From Candidatus Omnitrophota bacterium (lineage in GTDB: Bacteria; Omnitrophota; Gorgyraeia; Zapsychrales; JANLHA01): a DNA stretch of 32,000 bases. The first letter of the stretch is position 1; every line of letters begins with the position of its first letter. Under the pieces are notes generated by a model that was not told the origin of the DNA, searched no databases, and saw only the letters and a program-made list of their open reading frames with translations. The position numbers and the translations under genes were made by a program. The stretch covers positions 600,001-632,000 of the forward strand of contig OY759724.1 of NCBI GenBank assembly GCA_963662715.1, given 5' to 3'. Positions 1-7,664 of this stretch are shown one piece after another.

Positions 1-336
1 CCCTGTTTTTAAAGCCTGGTCTCTAATCCCGCCCGTTTTGTCAGCTGTAATGATGATGACTGGACGAGTGGATCCGGATTTGATCATTCTCTTTATCGTT
101 TCCCATCCATCCATCATGGGCAGGTGTATGTCCAGGATCAAACACCCTTGCACGCTGTTCGGGACAGCGCTAAAAAATTCTTCTGCGGAACAGAATGTCC
201 TCACCGTGAATCCGTAAGTAACCATAAGGATTTTGAGTGCAGCGCACACGGACTCATCGTCATCCACAATGTAAATTGTTTTCTTAGCTGTGGATATTTC
301 ATCTGAAGCCGTAAGCCGTAATTCATCTACTTGCAT
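1..336 (-). CDS. stand-alone response-regulator receiver (CheY-like), 3' end off window
   Basis: Absent from the ORF track because no stop lies in the window. My translation from ATG 336 to base 1 is open for 112 codons: MQVDELRLTASDEISTAKKTIYIVDDDESVCAALKILMVTYGFTVRTF..CLILDIHLPMMDGWE..RPVIIITADK. It has the acidic DDD pocket, a phospho-acceptor D and a T in ITAD. 67 of 92 hand-aligned residues are identical to 9137..9502. GAAGG lies 7 nt upstream of the ATG. Confidence 0.85.
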   Translation of the reverse strand, partial: MQVDELRLTASDEISTAKKTIYIVDDDESVCAALKILMVTYGFTVRTFCSAEEFFSAVPNSVQGCLILDIHLPMMDGWETIKRMIKSGSTRPVIIITADKTGGIRDQALKTG

Positions 337-375
337 ATTCGCCTTCTTTGCTTGACCGTTAACAATTAATATTTG

Positions 376-729
376 CTATCTGCTCGCCTGGGTTGCAGGT
401 ATCTCCTGAAGCAAAAGCTCACGTATTCGATTCCATTTTCTCATTTGAGATCGCGTCAGGACTTCACTTAATTTTGTATATAGGTGCGAATCCAATGGTG
501 ACGATTGAGCCTGAGTAAGGCCCTTCTCCAATTGTGGTGTTATATTTTGGCGTTCAGCCATATTCTCTTCAATAATCAGTTTCACTTTATCAAATTGTTC
601 TTCGGTCAAATTTAATTCTGTCTTTATCTTTGAAACAATATGTTCTGCGCTAGGCCATTCTTGCGCATAGACAGATACACTTAAAATAAAAGATGCAATT
701 AAAACAAAGACTGTTATTTTTCCTTTCAT
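376..729 (-). CDS. periplasmic Spy/CpxP/ZraP-like LTXXQ protein
   Basis: Track ORF 376..777 trimmed to internal ATG 729, which follows GAAGGAGAA. Signal peptide MKGKITVFVLIASFILSVSVYA. Two LTXXQ motifs (LTEEQ, LTRSQ). Confidence 0.75.
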   Translation of the reverse strand: MKGKITVFVLIASFILSVSVYAQEWPSAEHIVSKIKTELNLTEEQFDKVKLIIEENMAERQNITPQLEKGLTQAQSSPLDSHLYTKLSEVLTRSQMRKWNRIRELLLQEIPATQASR

Positions 730-802
730 AGTATTTTCTCCTTCTTTTTTTAAAAAATGAATGCGTTTAACTATCAAAATATAGTTCAGACTTTTTTATT
801 GA

Positions 803-946
803 CTAAAAATGTTTCTCCATTGCAGGAAAGATTTCAAAAAATGCTGTCCCAATAAAATAGGCGATGATGATAACTACTAACGCTATTAGGAAATATTTCC
901 AGGATGAATCCGATTTAAATAAAGCTTTCTTTTCTTTTTTGTCCAT
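803..946 (-). CDS. 47-aa single-TM small protein (no family recognised)
   Basis: Below the track cut-off. MDKKEKKALFKSDSSWKYFLIALVVIIIAYFIGTAFFEIFPAMEKHF. GAGGA lies 7 nt upstream of ATG 946. It is the first gene after the conserved promoter element. Confidence 0.4.
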   Translation of the reverse strand: MDKKEKKALFKSDSSWKYFLIALVVIIIAYFIGTAFFEIFPAMEKHF

Positions 947-1011
947 GGATTTTCCTCAACTTTTTATTTTGTTCCTTGACCTAAGCACCTTGCCTTCTTC
1001 CTTTTAATTAC

Positions 1012-1039
1012 ATTGTAGACCTGATCTATAAAGTATCAA
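1012..1039 (-). promoter_or_regulatory. putative sigma70-type promoter (TTGATA-N16-TACAAT) inside a conserved 46-nt element
   Basis: Minus strand reads GGTTATACCTCGGTACAATTGATACTTTATAGATCAGGTCTACAATG. The -35 is at 1034-1039 and the -10 at 1012-1017. 38 of 46 nt match the element at 9525-9570. Confidence 0.35.
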
Positions 1040-1091
1040 TTGTACCGAGGTATAACCCTGCCTGTGGCTGAATGAGTTGAGAATAAATCCT

Positions 1092-1220
1092 TTACCATGA
1101 TGACCCCGGCAGATTTGAAGGCTTCATTTCAATACGTACACGCGGTAAATATTCAGGAAATTTATTTTGTAAAAATTCAAGAAGTTTTTCCCTAACCTCA
1201 CAGCGTAAATTCCATGCCGT
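1092..1220 (-). pseudogene. orphan 3' fragment of an MscS-family gene (last ~42 codons)
   Basis: 1117-1220 matches 3679-3782 (3' end of the intact MscS gene) at 97 of 104 nt. In frame it reads TAWNLRCEVREKLLEFLQNKFPEYLPRVRIEMKPSNLPGSSW versus TAWKLRCEVREKLLEFLQTKFSECLPRVRIEMKPSNPPGVSR. Similarity stops abruptly at 1220. The upstream part of track ORF 1092..1331 overlaps trkA and has no MscS similarity. Confidence 0.6.
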
Positions 1221-1276
1221 CAGAAACAACCCCCGATGGCTTCTCCACCCACCCGCAGCCGTTAAAACTATTGCAA

Positions 1277-1963
1277 TCAGTTCGTAGAGCCGGCATCCTT
1301 GCCAGCCTGCTGCACTGACTCCGGCTGCCAACGTTTCTGCAACGCGGGCATATTTTTACTGTGCGTTAGAATCACAACCTCGTCACCTATGCGGAATGTT
1401 GTTGTTTCATCTGCATGTGAAAACTTGCCATCACGGTAATAGCAGATAACCTTGGCTTCGGCCGGCAATTTCAAGGCCTTAGCTGCGACCGCATCTTCCT
1501 CCTTTGCAACAAAGGTGAAAAACCGGGCCTCTTCCTTGATAATCGTGGAAAGCTCAACGTTTTCAGTGCCGCCGGCCATGTCCTCCAGGTAACGGCTGAT
1601 TGTACGAAAGGGGACGATCGTGTCCTTCAGTCCTACCTCACAACAGATAGCCTCAAATTGCGGATCGCCGATACTCGTCACAACCCGCTTGAACCCGAGG
1701 GAGCGGCCGACGATGCTGGCGATGACGTTATCCTGGTCGCTGTCGGTAAGGCAAAATAGGATGTCGGTCTGCGTGGGATTGACTTCGCGCAGGATGTTCG
1801 GCTGACTGCCATTACCTTGCAGGAAGCTGCAGTCCATATCTTCGGATAATTCATCAATTTTTGCCTTATCGTTCTCGATAATGACAACTTCGTGGCCATT
1901 TTTGATCAGCTCTTTGGCTGTTCCAATACTCACTTTTCCGGCTCCAACAAAAACGATTCTCAT
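1277..1963 (-). CDS. trkA: Trk/Ktr potassium-uptake NAD-binding (RCK) subunit
   Basis: N-terminal Rossmann motif MRIVFVGAGKVSIG (GxGxxG) and a TrkA-C-like C-terminal half. ATGA start/stop overlap with trkH at 1960-1963. Confidence 0.9.
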   Translation of the reverse strand: MRIVFVGAGKVSIGTAKELIKNGHEVVIIENDKAKIDELSEDMDCSFLQGNGSQPNILREVNPTQTDILFCLTDSDQDNVIASIVGRSLGFKRVVTSIGDPQFEAICCEVGLKDTIVPFRTISRYLEDMAGGTENVELSTIIKEEARFFTFVAKEEDAVAAKALKLPAEAKVICYYRDGKFSHADETTTFRIGDEVVILTHSKNMPALQKRWQPESVQQAGKDAGSTN

Positions 1964-3426
1964 GTTACCTCCATTCTTTTACCAAACCATGTTCCAGGAT
2001 ACAGCATCACCAACCACGCTATGATTTCAAGTCTTCCCATCAGCATGTCAATACACAAAATCGATTTAAGCACTGCGGGCAATGCCGGGCTAGTCAGCCC
2101 CACAGAAAGGCCCGTCGTTGCTGTTGCGGAAACCACTTCAAATAAGGAGTCGAGTGGACTGTATCCCATTGCTACAAACGGCAGCCAAGACAACACAACT
2201 ACTGCAAAAAATGCCATGATAATGACCAGAGTTGCGTGAATCTCTCTATCCAACAACCGGCGGCCTGCAAGTCGAGGCTCAATGACAGCATGTTGCGGCA
2301 AACAGGTCCGTAGTAGGATTAAACGTAATACGCTTGCCACAATCAACAACCTCAACAATTTGAATCCGCCCGCGGTCGATCCTGTGCCACCTCCCACAAT
2401 CATCGAGAAGATCAGTACTAACTTTGAACCTGCATCAAGTTGCGCAACTGACATCGAGGAAAAACCTGTGTTTGTCTGAGCGGAAATAGCAAGTAATGGT
2501 GCGTGATGGAATACTTGTGGCCAAGCCATACCGCCACTTAGCCGCATTAAGGCACCCACCGCTATCGAAACGATTAAAGAAGCTATTACAATAGCTTTAA
2601 GCTGCAGAAAGTCCACTGCGATACGCTTATTTTTCGTTAACAACCGATAAAATAGCATGAGCGGAACAGCTCCAGCGAGACAGAGCAGAGTAATCCACAC
2701 CTGTGCGGGCCAATCTAACATTGCGAGGCTGCTGTCGTAAGGGGAGAATCCTGCAGTCGAAACCGCTGTAAAAGTATATAGTACCGCGTCGAAAAGCTTC
2801 ATCCCCAATAACAAAGAACCAATGATGCCCAGGGTGGTCAATATGCTGTAAACTGTTAAAACTCGCCGCGTGTGTGCACGAATGCCGCCTATTAAATTAT
2901 CGGGTTCGGTCTCTGTAACAGCCAGGCTCTTCGCAAAAAGACCAGGTTGTATAAAGAAGAACGCTAATGAGAAGACTAGAATGCCAAGTCCTCCATACCA
3001 CTGCATCCAAGCTCGGCCAAAAAGAAACGTAGATGATGCTCCAACTAGCGTCTCCGTAGTGGTCAACCCCGTGGTTGTAATACCGGAGATGACTTCAAAT
3101 AAGGCATCAAGAAACCCCAACCCCGAACCCATCATAGGGTAGGACATAACGAGCGATGTGAGGAGATACATTAGAGCGACCAACACCATGCCTTCATTAG
3201 CCTGCATCCTTACAGGAGTCCGCAGCCTGGCCAGACTGGCTCCAAAGACTGCGAGCATGCCAACCACAATACCATAACGCAGGCTGATAGTCAGGTCGCC
3301 AAAGATCACCGACATCACCAACGGCACCAGCGTCAGTGCGGCAAGTACAATACACAGCTGACCGAAATATTTTAAGACCACACGAAACCTGACAGCATAC
3401 TTAAGTTCTATTGCCTGTTTAGCCAC
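1960..3426 (-). CDS. trkH: TrkH/KtrB-family K+ transporter membrane subunit
   Basis: 488-aa polytopic protein with repeated pore-loop-like segments (TTTGLTT, VSTAGFS, QTNTGFS, TATTGLS). GTG start 3426 lies 6 nt after AGGAG. Translationally coupled to trkA. Confidence 0.9.
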   Translation of the reverse strand: MAKQAIELKYAVRFRVVLKYFGQLCIVLAALTLVPLVMSVIFGDLTISLRYGIVVGMLAVFGASLARLRTPVRMQANEGMVLVALMYLLTSLVMSYPMMGSGLGFLDALFEVISGITTTGLTTTETLVGASSTFLFGRAWMQWYGGLGILVFSLAFFFIQPGLFAKSLAVTETEPDNLIGGIRAHTRRVLTVYSILTTLGIIGSLLLGMKLFDAVLYTFTAVSTAGFSPYDSSLAMLDWPAQVWITLLCLAGAVPLMLFYRLLTKNKRIAVDFLQLKAIVIASLIVSIAVGALMRLSGGMAWPQVFHHAPLLAISAQTNTGFSSMSVAQLDAGSKLVLIFSMIVGGGTGSTAGGFKLLRLLIVASVLRLILLRTCLPQHAVIEPRLAGRRLLDREIHATLVIIMAFFAVVVLSWLPFVAMGYSPLDSLFEVVSATATTGLSVGLTSPALPAVLKSILCIDMLMGRLEIIAWLVMLYPGTWFGKRMEVT

Positions 3427-3653
3427 AATCGGCTCCTATCTCTTATATTAGTCTTAGTCCCGGGTACCAACGAAACTTGTACTGCCAGAAACTTATGGAT
3501 TAACTGGCACATTTGAGACTATTAAGCCATAAATCTTAACCTTTGCAGCTCTTATCGATACACGGCACTATTTCACCCTTATTCATTGCCTCGGCTATAT
3601 ACTTCGCATCTAAAGGTATGAAGGTATGGTTGAACGCCTCGGGAATGAAGCCT

Positions 3654-3782
3654 TTATCGGGATACCCCGGGGGGGTTAGAAGGCTTCATTTCAATACGTA
3701 CACGCGGCAAACATTCAGAAAATTTTGTTTGTAAAAATTCAAGAAGTTTTTCCCTAACCTCACAGCGTAATTTCCACGCCGT
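3654..3782 (-). repeat. direct-repeat partner of 1092-1220 (3' end of the intact MscS gene)
   Basis: See pseudogene 1092..1220. Weaker similarity extends to about 3650/1088 (cctttatcgggataccccgg versus cctttaccatgatgaccccgg). Confidence 0.7.
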
Positions 3783-4703
3783 AGGAGAATCTGCAGCGCT
3801 CATCAAGGCGCGCAATTCAATGACTCGTTCCTTTGCATCGGTAACCTGTAAAACATTAACCTTCTTATCCCAATACTGGCTTTCGCCAAGTATCCGTGTC
3901 AACTCGGCGCGCACGTCTTTCACGCCAATAGTGTAATCAGCATAAATAAACACACTTCCCAGAATATCGGCTGAAGTACGTGTCCAATTCTGAAACGGTT
4001 TTTCAAGTAAATATGATATGGGAATTACCAAACGCCTTAAATCCCAAATGCGCACCACGACGAAAGTAAGGGTAATTTCCTCGATCCAGCCCCATTCATT
4101 CTCGATAATGACCACATCACCCAACCGGATTGGTTGAGCGATGGCTATCTGAATACCGGCGATGAGATTCCCCAGTGTCTTCTGCGCGGCAAAACCAATA
4201 ACTATTCCCATTATTCCTGCCGAAGCCAAAATGCTTACCCCGATTTGCCTGACTTCTGCAAAACTCATCAAAATAAAAGAAACAGTTAACAAAACTATAA
4301 CCACGCCGATAATGTTTGCGATTAGACGTATTTGTGTATGCATGCCGCGGGCATGCACATTGTCCGGAGCATTAATATCATAATGGTTCAAAAGCGCATC
4401 GCGAATAATGCAAACAATCTTTACGATGACCCAACCCAACAACGCAATAAGCAGGATTTGAATAAAACGGCTAATAAAGCCTCCCACCTGTTCAGGTAAC
4501 CGCAAGAAAGGAATAACCACCGAGACACACAAAACTGGCATCAAAAATCGCAACGGCTTTTTAAGCAGCCCCAAGTTGACATTAAGCAATCTTACGGAAA
4601 CAGTACCCCTTCGTTTAATTAAGGCTGCGGCAAGAAAATAAAGCATCCATCCGATGGCAAAGCTAGAAGCTATTAAAATACCAGAAAAAAGATACTCACT
4701 CAT
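3654..4703 (-). CDS. MscS-family mechanosensitive ion channel
   Basis: 349 aa. N-terminal TM helices followed by the MscS beta-domain signature GNLIAGIQIAIAQPIRLGDVVIIENEWGWIEEITLTFVVVRIWDLRRLVIPISYL. SD GGAGAGG upstream. Confidence 0.9.
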   Translation of the reverse strand: MSEYLFSGILIASSFAIGWMLYFLAAALIKRRGTVSVRLLNVNLGLLKKPLRFLMPVLCVSVVIPFLRLPEQVGGFISRFIQILLIALLGWVIVKIVCIIRDALLNHYDINAPDNVHARGMHTQIRLIANIIGVVIVLLTVSFILMSFAEVRQIGVSILASAGIMGIVIGFAAQKTLGNLIAGIQIAIAQPIRLGDVVIIENEWGWIEEITLTFVVVRIWDLRRLVIPISYLLEKPFQNWTRTSADILGSVFIYADYTIGVKDVRAELTRILGESQYWDKKVNVLQVTDAKERVIELRALMSAADSPTAWKLRCEVREKLLEFLQTKFSECLPRVRIEMKPSNPPGVSR

Positions 4704-4748
4704 AATTTTAAACCTCTCCTAACAAACTTCGATGCCCAATGAGCACAG

Positions 4749-4886
4749 TTACATTTTTTTCACAGATGAAACAAACGCAAAAACGGCTATGCCGATTATC
4801 AATGCGATACCGATGATTATCACCTGAAAAATCAATGGCTTTAGAAATTTAGCGCCTGGTTTCAATGAATTATTCTTATCTTCCAT
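4749..4886 (-). CDS. 45-aa single-TM small protein
   Basis: Below the track cut-off. MEDKNNSLKPGAKFLKPLIFQVIIIGIALIIGIAVFAFVSSVKKM. AGAGG lies 8 nt upstream of ATG 4886. It fills the gap between two minus-strand genes. Confidence 0.45.
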   Translation of the reverse strand: MEDKNNSLKPGAKFLKPLIFQVIIIGIALIIGIAVFAFVSSVKKM

Positions 4887-4919
4887 GTTTCCAACCTCTA
4901 TCCTTCAGCATTTGCTTTA

Positions 4920-5849
4920 TTACAATTTATCGACTATTCCGTACAAAACCCCTCCGGCTATATCAGGCTTTGGAAAGAGATATTTGCGCGCGGAAATTGT
5001 TATCTCGGTCTTGTTATCCGATCCATTTCTGATTTGAATCGCTACCATAGCACCTTGTATGTTCGCTTTAATAGCACCGTTTTCCGCATCTTCTTTAGTC
5101 AATTTTCCCATGCGTTTTACTGACTCAAGGCTTACATCATACACGTGTTGAAAACCGGCATCCGTGGTTTGCTGCACGCTATCCTTGGCTAAAAATGTTG
5201 CCGCGATGCCAACCGGCAAGGCCGCCACGCCAGTTAACATGGCAACGCCGTATATCTTGGCACCTCTTATCCCCGCAGCCTTTACCGGCTCTGCAAGGAT
5301 CAGTACCGCCAGCTGTTCTGCGCTGGTAATATCCTTATAGCTTTTATGAATATTCACATCCTGGACTCGCACGGCCGGCTCCGTGCCGTTTGAGTAATCC
5401 TTGTAAACGATTCTTCCAATTCCCAGGGTTAAGAGATCGATTTGCATCGGCATAGGCTTAGACGGCTCTGATGTCTGCGCCACCTTTAACGAATCTACGT
5501 TTAGTTCTCCTTCTTTATTCTTCGTAAGCCCCATCTCATCTAACTCAACCTCGAGAAATACCAAATGTAATTTTTGTTTAAATAAAGCGGCGCGGTCATA
5601 GACAACGTTTATTTTTGAACAAGAGACAAGTATGCCTTCTGGGAACCCGCTCGGGTTATATATTTTGAGCCCGGATATATGGATAGATGATTTTAAAATA
5701 CTAAATGAAAAGCTGTCCATATGAACAGGTGTCCCGATGACAGTGACGGCGGCCCTTGTCACCACGGATTTCACAATCTGATTCTTGAAAATTGCGATAC
5801 ACACCAGGAAAAAAACAACTATCCCTAATACGATAAATAATTTTTTCAT
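4920..5849 (-). CDS. membrane protein: AsmA/DUF748-like N-terminal region fused to a DUF3568-like C-terminal domain
   Basis: N-terminal TM anchor, then a beta-rich VIGTPVHMDSFSFSILKSSIHISGLKIYNPSGFP pattern. There is an internal TM segment. The C-terminus (..AIKANIQGAMVAIQIRNGSDNKTEITISARKY) parallels lipoprotein 6094..6480. Confidence 0.65.
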   Translation of the reverse strand: MKKLFIVLGIVVFFLVCIAIFKNQIVKSVVTRAAVTVIGTPVHMDSFSFSILKSSIHISGLKIYNPSGFPEGILVSCSKINVVYDRAALFKQKLHLVFLEVELDEMGLTKNKEGELNVDSLKVAQTSEPSKPMPMQIDLLTLGIGRIVYKDYSNGTEPAVRVQDVNIHKSYKDITSAEQLAVLILAEPVKAAGIRGAKIYGVAMLTGVAALPVGIAATFLAKDSVQQTTDAGFQHVYDVSLESVKRMGKLTKEDAENGAIKANIQGAMVAIQIRNGSDNKTEITISARKYLFPKPDIAGGVLYGIVDKL

Positions 5850-5887
5850 AGGTCGCTCCCTCAGGCGAAAACAGCCCTGTCAAACTG

Positions 5888-6052
5888 TTACTTCTTACTC
5901 ATTAAAAAATACGCTGCCATGCCAATAACAGGCAAAAAGATTATCAAAACAATCCACAATGTCTTTTTGCCAGTGTCCATGGAACTTTTTAGAGCATCAA
6001 CAATAGCGATAATGTCTAAAACCAACACTAAAAGTCCTAATATCCCAGCCAT
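5888..6052 (-). CDS. PLD-nuclease N-terminal (PLDc_N) family small membrane protein
   Basis: Below the track cut-off. MAGILGLLVLVLDIIAIVDALKSSMDTGKKTLWIVLIIFLPVIGMAAYFLMSKK is the typical two-helix PLDc_N pattern. AGAGGAG lies 6 nt upstream of ATG 6052. Confidence 0.7.
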   Translation of the reverse strand: MAGILGLLVLVLDIIAIVDALKSSMDTGKKTLWIVLIIFLPVIGMAAYFLMSKK

Positions 6053-6093
6053 GAGTTCTCCTCTATCTCATTTTTTTAATCCAAGTTTATGCA

Positions 6094-6480
6094 TCATTTT
6101 AATTTCTTGGATATTTTTGCCAGTATATCCTTGGCAAACTGGACTCTGGGTGTGGCATATTTTCTGGCTGAAACCGTAATCTCGACCGTTTTGTCTGTTT
6201 GCTTGACGATATGGATAGCCACATTATTGTCTTCTGATTCTGACTTAATCCACCCCGTCGTCTCATCGGCCATATCAATTGTTCCCACCATGGCCTTGGC
6301 GACATCAAGGCTGGCTTTATAAGCTTTTTCGTAGGAAGAATCAAATTCTGCTTTGACGCTGTCCGCGCTTACTGTATATCCGATCGCGCCTCCGGCCAAA
6401 AGCGCAAAACAACCGGATAAAAGTGGCACTGCCAAAATTGACGCAACCACAATTACACCTATTCCCGTTTTTTTAATCAT
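6094..6480 (-). CDS. DUF3568-like lipoprotein
   Basis: Track ORF 6094..6636 trimmed to ATG 6480, which follows GGGAGGAG. Lipobox LLSGC. The trim removes the overlap with 6563..7141. Confidence 0.75.
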   Translation of the reverse strand: MIKKTGIGVIVVASILAVPLLSGCFALLAGGAIGYTVSADSVKAEFDSSYEKAYKASLDVAKAMVGTIDMADETTGWIKSESEDNNVAIHIVKQTDKTVEITVSARKYATPRVQFAKDILAKISKKLK

Positions 6481-6562
6481 TTTATTCTCCTCCCTAATCC
6501 AGAAACCTTCGCCAGAATAGCATTTCAATGACGTTTTTCCGGCGAAGATCCCTGTCTTACTA

Positions 6563-7141
6563 TTACTTTTCCTTGCTCTTTGGAAAAGGCTCCTTAACGA
6601 TAACCTTGATTCCGTCAATCGTTCCTGTTGCCGCATTCTTTACTTTATCCCCGGCCTCGGCGCTGATCTCATAGGCTGCTTTAATAGCTCCCGTAGCAGC
6701 CGCAGAGACTGCTTTTTCAGCATCAACGCCTGTATCTTTTGCCGAATGGATAACGCCTTTCAACAAACCTTTAGTTGCGGCTACAACATCACCACCCGCA
6801 TTAAAGGTGGTTTTTATAATCTTGCCGGCTAAAGCCCCAATTGAAGTCAATGCTTCTTCTCCCATTGCTTTTGAGCCCTTTAATATTCCTATGACAAGGC
6901 CCTTAACGCCTTCTTCCAAATTCTTTCCGGTTTCAACGACCCCACTGATTGTTGAGCTGATAATATCCTGAGCGGCTTCAATCAATGCCGCGCCGGTTTT
7001 TCCTGTCTCTTTTACCAGGTTACTCACCATTCCGCTTATCGTATCAACGATGGCGTTGACAATATCCCCCGCGCCTGTGATCACACTGACGATACTGTCC
7101 TTTACTGATTCAACAATTCCTTTTTTTGTTTCTGTAGCCAT
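6563..7141 (-). CDS. low-complexity Ala/Gly/Lys/Thr/Val/Ile-rich protein with about four degenerate ~40-aa repeats
   Basis: 192 aa. Strong SD (AGGAGGAG) upstream of ATG 7141. No TM segment or signal peptide. Repeat units end in ..ETGK.G / ..KDTG. Confidence 0.7.
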   Translation of the reverse strand: MATETKKGIVESVKDSIVSVITGAGDIVNAIVDTISGMVSNLVKETGKTGAALIEAAQDIISSTISGVVETGKNLEEGVKGLVIGILKGSKAMGEEALTSIGALAGKIIKTTFNAGGDVVAATKGLLKGVIHSAKDTGVDAEKAVSAAATGAIKAAYEISAEAGDKVKNAATGTIDGIKVIVKEPFPKSKEK

Positions 7142-7236
7142 GATACTCCTCCTTTATTTTTTATGACTCTGTCCTGATTTACCTTAAATCATCCAGCGGA
7201 AATCAGGGCTGTGCAAATTACCTCTCGCTGATTTAT

Positions 7237-7261
7237 GGAAAATTTGCCCGCGGGGGGCAAA
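7237..7261 (-). terminator. Rho-independent terminator candidate
   Basis: Minus strand reads TTTGCCC-CCCGC-GGGCAAA followed by TTTTCC, 34 nt after the GlsB-family stop. Confidence 0.5.
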
Positions 7262-7294
7262 CATTTCCCTTCGCTTCTTACATGCGGCCTAACG

Positions 7295-7558
7295 CTATGC
7301 GTGCCTTACAACAAAGCGTGTCAGGCCCACTAAAACCACTGCGCCAGCAAGGGCCACTAAAAATGAACCTACTGAACTGCTGGTATATAGCCCCATCACT
7401 CCAGCAATCCAGCCGCCAAGCATAGCTCCGACAATCCCGATCACGATGTCTGGGATAATACCGAAGCCTCGCCCCTGAATAATAAGCCCTGCCAACCACC
7501 CGATCACCCCACCGGTAAAGAGAAATACTACCCAATACCATAATGTATTCTGATCCAT
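7295..7558 (-). CDS. GlsB/YeaQ/YmgE-family stress membrane protein
   Basis: Track ORF trimmed to ATG 7558, which follows AAGGAGGG. MDQNTLWYWVVFLFTGGVIGWLAGLIIQGRGFGIIPDIVIGIVGAMLGGWIAG is the typical family pattern. Confidence 0.85.
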   Translation of the reverse strand: MDQNTLWYWVVFLFTGGVIGWLAGLIIQGRGFGIIPDIVIGIVGAMLGGWIAGVMGLYTSSSVGSFLVALAGAVVLVGLTRFVVRHA

Positions 7559-7664
7559 GATTCTACCCTCCTTGTCTGCCAGCCGATTAGGTCCCCTTGC
7601 CGTTAGGCTCCCTTTGGGAGGAAACAATCAGACTGTTTTTTACTTACGTTTGTTAATGATGAAG

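Noticed and set aside
1092-1331. 79-aa track ORF as a real gene.
   Set aside because: Only its last ~42 codons resemble anything (the MscS C-terminus). The remainder overlaps the trkA 3' end out of frame. It is treated as a gene fragment.
3427-3653. 227-nt untranslated region upstream of trkH, examined for a c-di-AMP (ydaO/kimA-type) riboswitch or a sigma54 promoter.
   Set aside because: I could not find the conserved ydaO blocks. TGGCAGTACAAGTTTC lacks the -12 GC. A covariance-model scan (Rfam RF00379) would be the proper test.
5981-6019. Plus-strand GGAACTT ... GTCTAA resembling the ECF promoter.
   Set aside because: The spacer is 26 nt (versus 15-16). It lies inside the PLDc_N ORF on the opposite strand, with no plus-strand gene downstream.
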